A stretch of 64,000 nucleotides of DNA, taken from positions 69,750,001-69,814,000 of the forward strand of contig NC_043001.1 in assembly GCF_006345805.1 (NCBI RefSeq), given 5' to 3'. Position numbers and translations under genes: made by a program. The DNA comes from Octopus sinensis (Eukaryota). The notes under the pieces were generated by a model. The model saw nothing but the letters and a program-made list of their open reading frames with translations, was not told the DNA's origin and made no database searches. Positions 14,066 through 27,384 of the stretch are shown here, piece by piece (position 1 is the first letter of the stretch; every line of letters starts with the position of its first letter).

Positions 14066-14699
14066 GCATATGTATTAAGGCTGCCATTGGTTTCTTGTTA
14101 AAGAAATTTTGAATAATTACGGGAGACAATGTTATTGGAAAAGTGGTGTTTGTCTCCGTTTTGGATTAAATCATGACGGGTCACCGAAAACAACAATGAA
14201 ATCACAGGGGGAATTTTGGTAAACAAAATAAGAAGTCAGGAGGAACGACTTCTGGATGATTATCTTCTCTCGATTACGCTTTTGGGAAAACTTGAAATAT
14301 CAATGTTTTTGCATACACATAAATGAGTTAAGATTTATATGGATATGTATGTGCATCTAATAAAGAAGTGCTCATCATATTTTCACGTCAACAGTTTGCA
14401 GTTTTTGTAATTACATATATTATAGGTTGATATGCGTATTGTTTGTATATTCACGAACTTGAGTACATTTTTGCTTCAATCTATATATTAGGTTTTTGTT
14501 TGCATCCATATATATCGGTATGCAGGTACATGCGCAGCGCACATACTCACAGAACACACACACACACATTTACATGTTGATACACCCCATAAAGTCAGGT
14601 ATGTATATATATTTATATATATATGCATACATATGTATATACACAGACACACACATATATATATATATATATATACCCGTATATATACATGTCTATATG

Positions 14700-14742
<43 letters not shown>

Positions 14743-14759
14743 ATGGATGTATATGTATA

Positions 14760-14965
14760 TGTTTGCATGTCTGTGTCCCCTCCATCGCTTGACAACCGAT
14801 GTTGGTGTGTTTACCACCCCGTAACTTAGCAGTTCAGCAAAAAGCGACCAATAGATTAAGTAGTAGAGTTATAAAGAAGGAATTCTGGGAGCGATTTGTT
14901 CGACTAAAAGCAGTGCCCCTGCATGGCCGCAGTCAAATGACTGAAGCAAATAAAGGAATAAAACA
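14760..14965 (+). mobile_element. SINE family A, 3' half
   Basis: GCTTGACAACCGATGTTGGTGTGTTTAC...GCATGGCCGCAGTCAAATGACTGAAGCAAATAAA matches the other family A copies. Confidence 0.85.
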
Positions 14966-17211
14966 ATGAAAGAAAATATGTGTGTGTGTATGTGTATGTG
15001 TGTCTGTGTGTGCGTGTGTGTATAAAATCCCATTTTATACACTCTTCTGTGTACATAATTTGGACGCCTACATTTCATTCAATAGTTTGAACGCGCTTTT
15101 TATAATCGAAAATCTGTGAGATTTTACATATCTTGCTCACAATTTACATATTTATTACATGTATATTAGATATTCTTTCACGTATTTCATCCTCGAATTT
15201 ATATGGTTTTGTGGCTGCTGAATGATAAGTTTTTTTTATTATTCATATAATATCCTGGGTATATCTATTGTTTGTATATTTGTGTATTGAGGAATCTCAG
15301 CATGAGACACCGTATGTCTTTATGCATGACATTGCTGTGATGCATATTTTTAATTTTCAGAGAAAAAATTCTGTCCTGAATGGAGTGGACTATGACACCT
15401 GTTTCAAATATCGGAGAGTAAAAATATTGCATATGCATGCAGGGAAGACAGCCTTCGGTTTGATGATATTTAGCATTGGAGTAGCTTTGGACTAGACGTA
15501 GCATCCGAATAAGGACAATTTTAAATATTAAAATGTCAATAGGCTGCAATTAATGTAATTAACAAAAGTCTGTATGGTAACAAGTGAAACATTACATACA
15601 TACCTGCTCGATCGAAAGGTGATTTTGAGGGAGTTAGCATAAGATGTATTGGAATGGTGTCTTATAAATATGTGAAAAAATACACATTTTTCATGAAATT
15701 GGGTGGATCTTGTGGTTTATTTGTTTGTTTATGTTTTTTGGAATTAACTTTAAAAAATAGTAACAATTATCTATAACAAATATCTTTCCAATATTAAGGA
15801 AATAAATATCTTTCATTTAAAAAATTGATGTTCGTTTGATCATATTTGTATAGGCATCTTGGATACATGCCATATTTCCTGGTATTGAACATAGTGGCAA
15901 TAGAATGGCTTCAGAATTATCCGTCGCACTACACACGGGCACGCTAGCGTCTGGACGTGCTTATCATAACTCTGACCAGTTAGCAGCTGAAAACACAGAA
16001 ATACAATTACAACATAGCTGTACAACTCAAGCCGCCGTTCAAATCACTTTAAAAACATAAAAGACCTAAATATCTCATATTTTCGTTAGTACATAAATAT
16101 ATGTATAATGTGCACGTTACAATTAAAGTATATAATTCTAAACTAATTTTCTTTTACATGGATTGTTATAGTCATTAATACTATTTTTATATGAGCAGAA
16201 TGTAAACACAAAATAAACTCACTTTATTTTTCACAAGAAAATTAATATAGGATTTCGCTGCCGCTGGAAAACTTTGTTCCTACCAATAAAATTTGAAACT
16301 TATAACACATATGACAGTAAACTCAGTTATCTTCAAGTTACTAAATGTTGGTTTAAATATTAATTAATCAGGTGAAAGGGATATAATATTATGTAATATC
16401 CTATAACCTATAATAATTTCTCATGTGTACATAAGACCTGGCATTTTCGACGGTCAATCACGGTAGCAGTACTTGACTATACATTATTTTTACACTCCTG
16501 ATAGGATGAACGACAAAGTGTACCTCGGCAGGATTTGGATTTAGAGAGCAGATAATGCCACTAGGCATTTTATCTTACCCGCAATGAAATTGGTGCATTC
16601 TGTGATAGTTGGTAAGGATATAATATACGATAATGTAGTGTAATATATAATATCGTATATAACGTAATATAGTATGTTTTAGTGTACACAATGTAATATT
16701 AATATATTTATATGCACCGAAATGCATATCCAGGCATTAACTGAGGATTGCAATACTTAGTTCTGGATATGAGGCTGGTGGCATTTTATCATCAATATTC
16801 AAATACTATAAATACTACTGAGTATGTAATATTAAAATTTATGCTTATTTATGACCGACAGCACAGTCATATGAATTTAAAAACTCCAGCAATGATTCTT
16901 TACAATTTTAATGAAAAGTCTATACAAATAACTCGTGTTCCAAAATTTTCACTTGTCTATTGGAGAAAACCGAAGGCTATGATAATTTACATATTGAATT
17001 CCATTAATTTTGGATATTTCTCTGGTCGTAAACTGTATTCACAACCAAGTACTACACTGCTCTTAGAGACAAAGAACTACTTTGTGGGTGGTAGCGACTT
17101 TCAAGAGTAAATGTCTGTCCACTTTCTTAGAAAATAAACGGGTTTAAAGCAGAAAACATTTAGTTTTGCATAAGAAATGTGAATGTATTTGAAAATATTG
17201 CTTTCATATTT

Positions 17212-17397
17212 TGGCACAAGGTGGGTTCAAGTAGACTATGTCGACCCCAGTACTTGACTATATTTAATTTATCGACCCCGAAAGGATAAAAGACAAAGTC
17301 GACGTCGGCGAAATTTGAACTCAGAACGTAAAGACGGACGGAATGCAACTAAGCAGTTTGTCTGGGGGACTAATGACTCAGCCAGCTCACTGGCTTA
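17212..17397 (-). mobile_element. SINE family B (Meta-SINE-like central domain)
   Basis: TTTATCGACCCCGAAAGGATAAAAGACAAAGTCGAC...AATTTGAACTCAGAACGTAA matches the copy at 57449-57674. Confidence 0.85.
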
Positions 17398-19949
17398 TTG
17401 CAATGGCAGATATTAATGATGCATGGCTGGAGGTCATAGATAGAGAAATCTACAGATGTTTAAAATAGTTTATTTTGAAACCGGAATATCGTTTGACTTG
17501 TGTAATTTAGGTCCCATACAAAAGAACTTTGAAATTTGGAGCATCAGTGTGCATAAATTTCAGATGAGGAGGGAAAAGTTCTCACTGTCTATAAGAATTT
17601 TCGATTTAGAATAACCATGAGTGTGGATACCGAATCGGATGCTGATAGAGTGATCCAGCTTAGACGAGCTGAAAATGCACTCAAATACTATTCAATCATG
17701 CGTAAAATAAAATTTGCAACAAACCTAGCTTGTAAAATATTTTTTTTAAATCAATAAACATCAAGTTATTTGCTATGTATATAATGATGCAAATAAAAAA
17801 ACAAACAGAAAGACTCACAAAGCTGAAGGCTACGCACAATTCGTTTATTTATATGGTCTGAAATAATTTCTTCTTTAGGATATTTCGAAAATTAAATACT
17901 ATTTTTCAATGTCTCCCCCTCTCTCTACCATTCTCTGTCTCTCTCAGTTTCTCTCTCTCACTCTCTCCCTCTCTTTCATTATCACCCTCTTCTCTTTGAG
18001 CATGCATTTATTATTCTGATTTAATGAAAGCTATGCAAATATATTCATTAATTACTTTTCTGATTTGACTGTCTATGTCTTCAGATCATCACTCCTTTCA
18101 GGAAGACCAATTTAGATTGAAATCCACTGATTAAATAAGAATATAAATGAAACAGTATTCAACAGCTGATTTTAAAAATTATTATTGCTCTGAAACACCT
18201 GAACAAGAAGAATATATTATTTCTCCGCATTAAACACAAATGCCTGTGCCAATCAAAATCACGTTTCAGAAAATAGGAATCCGAGTCATCACCCATTGTA
18301 CGTTTGAATCATTCCTCGTGTTTTCGATAGAGCTGACTCTCGATATTACAACATACAATGTTACGCGTCAGAAATAACCATTGGTATGCAATGAGCTATG
18401 TATATGAAGCTCACTCTGCTTAATACGTTTGTACATGCAGGAGCTTATCTACAGCATTAAACTAAGAGAAAAATGACTTGAGCGGAAAATAATTTATACG
18501 TATACATTTATAACAATGTTTATGTTCGGTTAGCTATAGCATTTGTAAAAAATAACAGCTTGCTGTTATCAGACAACTGCACTGGTAAGTTGACTTCTAT
18601 GTGATATTATAAATGCTTCAAATAATGCAACAGCACCATCAGTGGCAGCAGCAGTAACTGCACCAGTGAAAGGAACATTGCTACTACTTGAAAATCTATA
18701 TATAACTAATACAAGGAACAACTGAAAAAAATCAGCTGATTTCTTTACTTCATAAAAACTAAGTTTTGTTGATTGTCCGTATCACGTGTTTTTTACACCA
18801 TTAATATTATCTTGTTTTCTCCGCATGCGTTGATGAACGGAATTGGCAAGTGTAAAGACTAACTCATCCTTTTTGATCATCAATTATATCAAAACAATAT
18901 TCTTATGAATTATTGTTTTGAAATGCCATCAAAAGATATGAAAGATATGAACTTTAAATACAACAAATGATGAAATCGCATTTTCTTGTTTGTGGACCAT
19001 GCTTCAGTAATAGAGAGAACAACTGAATGCGCACGTGAAAACTACAGATAACTCTATAAGTATAACAGCGCGAATAGAGGTACAGGCGTACCTCAGAAAT
19101 TCATTGATGCCACGCGTATTTAAAAATAGCAAAGTCGAATACATATAAAAAAATAATAGTGACACCAACATCAATAATAGAGCACTTTAAGAGAGACCCT
19201 TCTGAAGCTATTCAGCCTACAACAATTAGCTGTGGATGTCTTTCATAACCTATTCTGTAGACTTATATACTGAATAAATGAAATTATGTATACTAAGATA
19301 CACTACAATGTAAAAATCAAATATCTGAATTGATGTAAGATAAACTGATTTTGTCCATAGAATAGATTTTGTTTAGAGGCGACTTAAGTCAAAGCACAGC
19401 ACTAAAATCAGGCAACGAAATATAAGAGGAAATAAAAGAGCTAACTTAGATATCATAGGAATAAAACAGGTAAGATCTGTTAAAAGACGTATCACAGACA
19501 ATAAGTTTTTATTTCTCGTCTCATAGCTCAACAAAGACCAAAACATACCATATTTCAACAATCAAATGACAAAGTTTAGGTACTAAAAATATGTGCTGAT
19601 ACTGACATTACTTTTCCTAACTTCTGTGAAAAACTATTACAAATAATCCGCATAGAGTATTTGAAAAACTCAAAGCGTAGAAACATATTTTAAGCTGTAA
19701 GGTGCCTCAAGCTTTCGAGGTGTAAAAGATGAAAGATTAATTGAATGAACACCACAAATCATTTAACCACGCTGAAAGATAATACACAAACGTGTACCAT
19801 TTTTGCTGTAGAATTGTATGTATTAGATGTACTATTATATTACTGGCTGTATGACATTTATTATATTTGAGCTTCATACAATACTTTTGTAGATGACATG
19901 GTTGAGAAATTTCTTCTCGAGGTTGGGGAACATTGTAACATTTGTCATA

Positions 19950-20420
19950 AATTATCAGAAAGAGACATAGAGTGAATGATAGAACAGTTCTAAAAAGAAG
20001 AGTAAGACAGTTTTTAAGTTTACCCGGTTTCCTACTTAAACCTCACTATTTATTTCTTGATCTTGAGTTTTTTCTATTGGGATCCAGTGTCTCTAGCTTC
20101 ATAATACTCACATGTGTTGATGTCACGCAAGACACGGCACCTGCTTACAGTGCCGCTCAAGAAGAGGCTCTTCACTCGGAAAACGACTGATGATATTGCT
20201 GTTTGACTTTACATAAGTAAACTTTCAAACACTGATGTATAGCAGATGGATAACCTTGTAACGAGAGATGAGTGCATAAATGCCCAAGAATTTGTACTGA
20301 TGTAGATGTAATCGTCTTGTAATTTCTGGCCTGGCATCCTGCAATGGACCGTTATCCCGTTCAGAAGGAATGTTGCGAGCGTGATAACGTATAAGCGAAG
20401 GAAACTGGGAGACCTACGTT
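19950..20420 (-). mobile_element. Possible decayed RTE-like LINE C-terminal remnant
   Basis: Minus-strand fragments ARPEITRRLH...ISRYKVIHLLYISV and EEPLL/GTVSRCR loosely resemble the post-RT region of RTE. Confidence 0.3.
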
Positions 20421-22214
20421 ATGAGTCATAGGGCAGGAGTAAAACAACGTAGATAAAAAGTGTTCATAATATATTGTAGCATCCGGGATTAATGCAATTG
20501 AATTATATGTTGCTACTTGGCGATACACAATGAACTATACTATAGTCTGGTGCATGGAAATAATATGTATCATCTGAAGATACTGAGTTCTTTCTTTGCC
20601 AGATCTCCATTCTACTCAGCTACAAATAATAACAGCTGGTTCCTAGAGCATCTCTCTCTCTCTCTCATTGTCTCTCTGTCTCCCCCTCATCACCCCATGC
20701 AGCTATCAAATCATGTATGGGCCACTAGGTTTAGTGTCGAATAGCCGAGAGAAGAGTATCTGTTTGCGTTTGCATGAGTTTCCAAAACACTTATCTCGTA
20801 AATGCTTAGCATATTCCAACTAGACTTTCTCACTGAAGAGTGACGGTTGGCTCTAATGAGCTATTCTACTCTATATACGTGCAGCAGCTAGGCAGGTGGT
20901 TAATAGCAATAGCATAATTGATTCCATATCTCATATAACCTAAACTTATAACCTGACAACTATTTTCAATTAATCTAAACTTATTTTCACAAAATGTGAA
21001 TTAGTTGTAAATGTAATTTACAGAGATTGAATAATTATCTCGTTTGTTAATAGACAATCCTGATTCGGTAATTAATATAAATGAATAATTTAACCTTTTG
21101 ATCCTTCTATATAATGATTTGCTAACAATATTTGTTTTAGTTCCTCTCAGAAGAGTTCATTTCCAATCAATAGACATTGTTAACTCTCCATGGTGGCCTG
21201 TTGACATATATTCTCATTAGCTTCACAAAACGAAGAAAAATCTTTGCATTTACACAAGCAAATGTATATATTGTTTCATTTAGTTATGAGCGTACATACA
21301 TATGCTTTTCTGGGCATGCATGAGTATAGATAAATGAATAGATTGATTGATATAACTGTGTTTGTAAGCATTTGTAAGTTCGCGTATCTCTCTCTCCTAA
21401 TAATAACAATAATAATAATAAATAAAAATAATAATCATTTCTATTAAAGGAACAAGGCTTGAGATTTTAAGGAAAGGAGGGGGACTATTCGATTACATTG
21501 ACACCAGTGTCTCACCGGGATTACTGCCAAGGATTTCTGGAAATTATCCGGCCTGAAATTACTCCTGGCATGACCAGGTAATTGATCCCTTTCAACGACC
21601 AGAATTTCCCCGCGGACATCGTCGCATTTCCCAGCCACAAATCCCATATAGAACTCCAATGTGCAATTTCCACGGACCACATTGCCCGACTGACAGAGAG
21701 ATGTAAGCGCTTGCCAGTACTTCTCGGTCTACTTTAATCCAGAACTGTAGGTAACTCAATGAGAAGAGCTGAGGAAAATCCTATCTGAAAAGCGGTGACT
21801 ACATGTACTCACTGTTATGGAAACGCTAAAGATTTTGCAGCTTCAGCACATGCCTGTGAAGCATTAGCCCAGTATTCCACTCAGTGACTGCTGACAGCAG
21901 ATAGACCGCCCGACAAGCGGAACACGTCTCTTCCACAGAAATTGGAAGAACAAGTGTTCCAGCTTGATCAGCCACGGAGCAAGCTAAGAGACGACGGTCA
22001 GGCGGTAGTAGATGACTGGAATGATGTATGAAGCTGTCGGACCGGCCTCTCCAAGTGTCAAGCTGTAGGTTCACCTTTTATCTGGTATATTTTTGTTCCT
22101 GTTGCCGCTTCTACTTCATTAAGGTTGTGGCGATAAGCTCAATTTCGAAGATATATTGGGGGTAAAGCGATAAATTTGTTTCCTTAAAATGCCAAGTAAC
22201 TTCTGTGCGTCAAC

Positions 22215-22217
<3 letters not shown>

Positions 22218-22270
<53 letters not shown>
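22218..22270. repeat. (CT)n microsatellite
   Basis: Directly visible. Confidence 0.95.
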
Positions 22271-22272
<2 letters not shown>

Positions 22273-22309
22273 CTTTCTTATCATACATACATACTGACAT
22301 GTATTTCGC

Positions 22310-22520
22310 CTTGCCCAGCATGCTGTCAGTAAGATGAGTTTGGGGATCTGCGCACGAGCCATGGCATCATTCACGGTAATTCGCTAATTCTACTTGATGT
22401 TCAGGATCCGTCTGAAGCTGTAGTTACAAGTTACACATAGACACTACTCATTTCGGAAAAGCTATCTCAATGCTTCACTGCAATATGTTCCAAAAGTTTT
22501 GCAAACGTGAAACATATCGA
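22310..22520 (-). mobile_element. Decayed RTE-like LINE fragment
   Basis: The minus strand reads SFRRILNIK*N*RITVNDAMARAQIPKL, similar to the RTE segment CLRRILxIxWxDxITNxEVLxRA. Confidence 0.45.
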
Positions 22521-22599
22521 ACACAAGGAACATCACACAAGATATACTGATTTATTTATTTAATTATCTATTTATTTATTTTTACTTACTCCTCTCTCA

Positions 22600-22935
22600 G
22601 CACTGTGGCCATGCTGAGACTCCGTATTGGTGTTAATCGACCATGGTAATCATTATCTTTAAATACTGGTATTTAATCTATCAGTTTTCTTCTCGAACCG
22701 CTAGGTTGTGGGGGACATAAACATATCAAGAGTGGTTTTCAATGGTGGTAAAGACAAACACAAACACGTAGACACGCAGCTATATATGAAACTTTACAAC
22801 AAGCTCCCACATACTTTCTGCCTGCCAAATTCACTCGCAAGACTTTGGTCTGCTGGGGTTGTAATGAAAGACACTTCCACAAGGTGCCCTGTAGTGGGAC
22901 TGAATCTAAAATCTTACCGCAAGAACACGCCCGCA
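22600..22935 (-). mobile_element. SINE family A, diverged
   Basis: Blocks TGTGGCCATGCTG, CGAACCGCTAGGTT and CAAGGTGCCCTGTAGTGGGACTGAA match the reverse complement of family A. Confidence 0.7.
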
Positions 22936-23969
22936 CCAACAAACTTTTCTTCTAAACATGATATCGAAAAGATATAATGTGGTTAAAGAAATATAACGAG
23001 CTCAGAGAAACTAAACATCAATGAGTTAATCTGAGGTAAATGATGTACAAACACCATACACACCATAAGGCACAATTAAGCAATATATTTCAGTAGGTTT
23101 AAATTTCAGTGTTTCTTGTGTTCTAATTTCAGGAAGACGATCCTCTACATAGAATATCATTTAGAGGACTCAAACAATAAAGTCTGTTATTATCTTGTTA
23201 ACAATGTGTTCAACTTAACAATATATATTCTATTTCTCTCAAAGATACACAAGGCGTAAAAATTAAAAGACAATGGAAATTGAATCTAAACTATATCACT
23301 ATGCAATATGCAATTATCTATTCTATACCACGAGATAAATTATGGTCTACAGTGAATTATGCTTCGGTTAGTGTACCTGATTAAAGCAATATCTGATACG
23401 TAGACGAACATACACAAATACACACATATACATATATGCATACATATACATACATATGTATATTATATACACGCACAAACACAAATACACACACACGCGT
23501 GCAAACATGCACATGTGTAAGTTGCACACATACACACGCACGCACACACACACACATATGTGCGAGTGTCTGTTGCGTGTATATGGGAATTTAGTTGTAG
23601 ATTTAAACAACTTGGCAGAAAAAATTAGTAGTTCATACTTAATGAAAATTCAGTCTCCGTGAATTCTTTTAGGCATCCCAGAATTATGCCACTTCATTTA
23701 TGTCCAACAAAACTCTTAGCTGCTTTAGGCTTTTCTGATATATATATATATTGTATGTATATTAGAAGGTTTGGAGATGATGTACAGGTATTATATATTA
23801 GAAGAAATGAGGTACTCAGAAGTCTGGGTGGTTTTGTATTTACAGATATTTATTAATATGTCACATGATTTTATAAATCATATATTTTTATTGGTTGGCA
23901 ATGGTTCTATCCGTGGCACATAGTTAAAAAGAAACCTGGGTTGGACTAGACTAATGTAGGTATATATAT

Positions 23970-24062
<93 letters not shown>

Positions 24063-24090
24063 CTTTATTTTAAGCAGCAGAAAATTCAAC

Positions 24091-24137
24091 AAAATCTGTT
24101 ACTCTGAGTTTCTCGTTGCCGTTCATCAGACAGTTTT
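24091..24137 (-). ncRNA. Minimal type I hammerhead ribozyme motif (antisense arm copy)
   Basis: Exact reverse complement of the motif at 24536-24582. Confidence 0.75.
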
Positions 24138-24535
24138 TGCTAGAATGGAACTTATATATCAATTCAATCTATACTCTTACAAACGCTACACCTTTAAAAA
24201 GAAATGGACTTGTTTGATTGGCCCTTTATGTTGATATATATATGTAGATTTTAATATAAATATGTATTGCAGTATTTATAACAGGTTTAATTTCTATGCA
24301 TTAATTTGCACTGTCTTCATTAACGGCAATAGGTTTTTTCCTGGGTTTTTTCCTCGGATTTTATAATTTTTATAAGTTTTTTTATATATATATACATATA
24401 TTTTTGACCTTTTTGTTTATCGCTCGAAGATTGACCGTTTTTTCTAAAGGGCCAATCAAACAAGTCCATTTCTTTTTAAAGGTGTAGCGTTTGTAAGAGT
24501 ATAGATTGAATTGATATATAAGTTCCATTCTAGCA

Positions 24536-24582
24536 AAAACTGTCTGATGAACGGCAACGAGAAACTCAGAGTAACAGATTTT
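24536..24582 (+). ncRNA. Minimal type I hammerhead ribozyme motif
   Basis: Reads aaaactgt CTGATGA a-cg-gcaa-cg-a GAAA CTC-A-GAG TA acagatttt. The cores are intact, stem I is ctgt/acag, stem II is a short GNRA-capped hairpin, stem III is near-palindromic, and the GUA site ends at 24573. Confidence 0.75.
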
Positions 24583-24681
24583 GTTGAATTTTCTGCTGCT
24601 TAAAATAAAGCATATTACTCTACCACTGGTATTTGAGTACTCTTTTTTCCACCTTGTTTCACATTTATGTGTTTACTCCGG

Positions 24682-24744
<63 letters not shown>

Positions 24745-24748
<4 letters not shown>

Positions 24749-25316
24749 CAATTGAGGATAAAATCTTTAAAAGAAATTATCAGTAGTCAGCGTGAAAAAC
24801 CTCGTGAGAGAAAAAATTCGTAAATTGTTCCTCTTTGAAAATATTCATTTATATTATATTGAGGCTACTACTATTCGTTAATACCAACACGCTAAGAGGG
24901 ACCAATGCGGTCAAAACTACTAAAATAAACAAAAACAAAATTTAACCGAATGCAAAACTTCAAAACACATCATTTTAAAAAAGAATTCAGTTACATATCA
25001 CATGTGATTTCGAATTTAATGCAGAATATGCATTTCATGTTCGTCAGTGCAACAAACTCAAGAAATATAAGAAAAAACATAACATTACAAACTCGATAGA
25101 CAACCGTAGAATTCGTCGTAGCATGTACGAATGTTTATCCTTACATATCTATGAAAATGGCGGGCGTTTTCGCAATGCATTTCGGTAACAAATTGTCTAG
25201 TCGGAATAAAAATTCAGTATTGAACTATTCCGGTGAAAAATATATTTTTAGTAGTTTTGACCGCATTGGTCCCTCTTAGCGTGTTGGTATTAACGAATAG
25301 TAGTACCCTCAATATA

Positions 25317-25321
<5 letters not shown>
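24745..25321. mobile_element. Second fold-back element in (TA)n, with 76-bp inverted arms and an internal hammerhead
   Basis: 24850-24925 is the reverse complement of 25246-25321 with one mismatch, and a hammerhead motif lies in the spacer. Confidence 0.75.
24990..25053 (-). ncRNA. Type I hammerhead ribozyme motif
   Basis: Minus strand reads gttgca CTGACGA acatga-aatgca-tattc-tgcatt-aaattc GAAA TCAC-AT-GTGA TA tgtaac. Stem I is 6 bp, stem III is the palindrome ATCACATGTGAT, and the site is AUA; the base of stem II is imperfect. Confidence 0.7.
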
Positions 25322-25384
<63 letters not shown>

Positions 25385-25479
25385 GCGCTCACATGTATAG
25401 AAATGCAAGTTAGCTGTTGGTTTATATGTAGTGCTCTACGTGTGAATATGTATGTATATAAGCCGTAATACTAACCTAT

Positions 25480-25885
25480 ATATTTTTAACATTCGGGCAT
25501 CGATGCAAGCCAAGGAAAAACTAAGCTAAGAGTATTAGATTCCTTGGAAGAAAGCAGCGAATGTATACAAAAACAAGGACGGAAAAACGGACAAAGTTAC
25601 ACAAATATAAATACAATAATAAATATAATATAAATAATAACAGGACATAACAACAGGTATCTTTCGACTAAGGGCGAATTGAATTAAGCTGGCGTGTGTG
25701 GAAATGAAGCCTTACGGCAGAGATACGAAGGTTTCACAACCACAGGGAAGAATATCGATGCTGCACGGACAACGGTCAGAGCGAGAATGAAAAAAACAGG
25801 CTACGTTGACCGGAAGTCACGTGGGAAAAGAAGAGAGAGAAGTAGAAGTAGAGGGACAGAAGAATAAAAGATGAGCGAGATACAT
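25480..25885. mobile_element. Unclassified interspersed repeat, also present at ~56730-57170
   Basis: Shared blocks CTAAGCTAAGAGTATTA, AACAGGT(A/G)TCTTTCGACTAA and AGCTGG(C/T)GTGTGT...AAGCCTT occur in the same order at both loci. Confidence 0.65.
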
Positions 25886-26390
25886 ATATAATTCAGTCTG
25901 AGCAAGCTTGTTTGTGAAGTCCAGCAATCGCTCATGCCTACTAATCTCCTGTCACCAAGTCAAAGATGTTGTCCAAAGGAAAGGTAGAAACTGAAACAGC
26001 GCCGTTGTTGTTCATTTCTGCTCCTGACTGAACTGAAGCCCTACGTTCCAACTACAGGAACTATAGGAGATCCTATACTCAAGTCCTTTGAAAAACATTT
26101 GCTTATGCACCTTGCGCTGATATATCATTAATTTAATTCAATTTTATTAATTTATTATTTCTCTTCAACTATGAATTTGCAAGATTTTATATCGGTGTAC
26201 GAAGCGATCGTCTGCATTAATTAAATTTTTCTTATATATTATAACATCTTGTCTTCTCCATTTTTAACAAAACCGTTGAGTTTTGTGGGATTCCTTTCCA
26301 TAAATTCACAACACACTATATACAAGTATATATATATATATATATATATATATCTGTAACATAATATGTGACAATTATTCAATAACCAAA

Positions 26391-26447
26391 TTAAAACTCT
26401 GAGTTTCGGATGCCGGAGTGGAAATCCACAACAGCATCTCTTCAGTT
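26391..26447 (-). ncRNA. Hammerhead-like motif, partly degenerate
   Basis: Minus strand reads CTGAAGA gatgctg-tt-gtgga-tt-tccac-tc-cggcatc c GAAA CTCAGAG TT. Stem II is strong and stem III is the same as at 24.5 kb, but there is an extra C before GAAA and stem I is weak. Confidence 0.55.
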
Positions 26448-26835
26448 GTCTTACAGATAAATTTCCTTTATTTACGTAATATTGAGGTCTCTTTCTTTCT
26501 TTTGTTATCTTACTATTTTTACCAATATATATATATATATAATCAAAACAAGTATATGTGTATTTTTTTAATATCTAGCAGAAATAACAAAGTGACTCGT
26601 GGTCCGAGATTTTCTTTTTGCATTTGCATATGTTAGCCGAATGTATCGACTCCAGTAATTATTTTTTTAAAGCTTGTTATTTGTATCCTCCTCGAATACT
26701 CAAGTGCTAGGTTACAGGAACGTAAACACACCAGCTCCAGTTGTCAACCGATCGAGAGGGCGGTGTAAAAAAAGACACCCACAATGACACGCACATCGAT
26801 ACATATATATGTGTGTTTATATATATACATGCATA

Positions 26836-27005
26836 CAGGGTTATTCAAAGAGAATGAAACGATTTCATGAGGCAATATCTTAATAAGGAAAAGCAAAAGA
26901 CAACTCCAGTCAGTAAATAATTGTGACTTAGCTCGAGTTTTCTATAGCTTTTCCTTATTAAAATATTTCGCAATGAAATCGGTTCATTCGTTTTAAATAG
27001 CCCTG
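26836..27005. mobile_element. Tc1/mariner-type MITE (170 bp)
   Basis: Imperfect ~33-bp TIRs CAGGGTTATTCAAAGAGAATGAAACGATTTCAT and ATGAAATCGGTTCATTCGTTTTAAATAGCCCTG, with TA on both sides. Confidence 0.8.
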
Positions 27006-27309
27006 TACACACACACATACACACACACACAACACACACACACACGCGCATATATGTATATATATTCACCATGATAGATCGCTAGCCACTACACATTCTT
27101 TGTTTCTTTCTGTGTTAGAGAGTATGCTCGAAACGTTAAAGACTTTTTCACTTCCGGAGCGTTATACAAATACATCTGTTAGTTGTGTACACAATCTGTC
27201 ATCGACCTGAGATTATAGTATAAAACAGCTGCCCAAGTTAGCACGCAGTGTGACTGGACTCGGAGCCATGACGTAGAGAAGCAAGCTTTTTAATAGAGCC
27301 ACCGTATAC

Positions 27310-27384
<75 letters not shown>

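Larger units (their letters stand above)
24063..24680. mobile_element. Fold-back Penelope-like pLTR-type insertion with a perfect 166-bp inverted repeat
   Basis: 24063-24228 is the exact reverse complement of 24445-24610, with a 216-bp spacer. The element is flanked by (TA)n on both sides, and each arm carries a hammerhead motif. Confidence 0.8.

Noticed and set aside
18572-18583. 12-nt microexon between CAG and GTAAGT
   Set aside because: Such a pattern is expected by chance, the pyrimidine tract is weak, and no partner exons were found.
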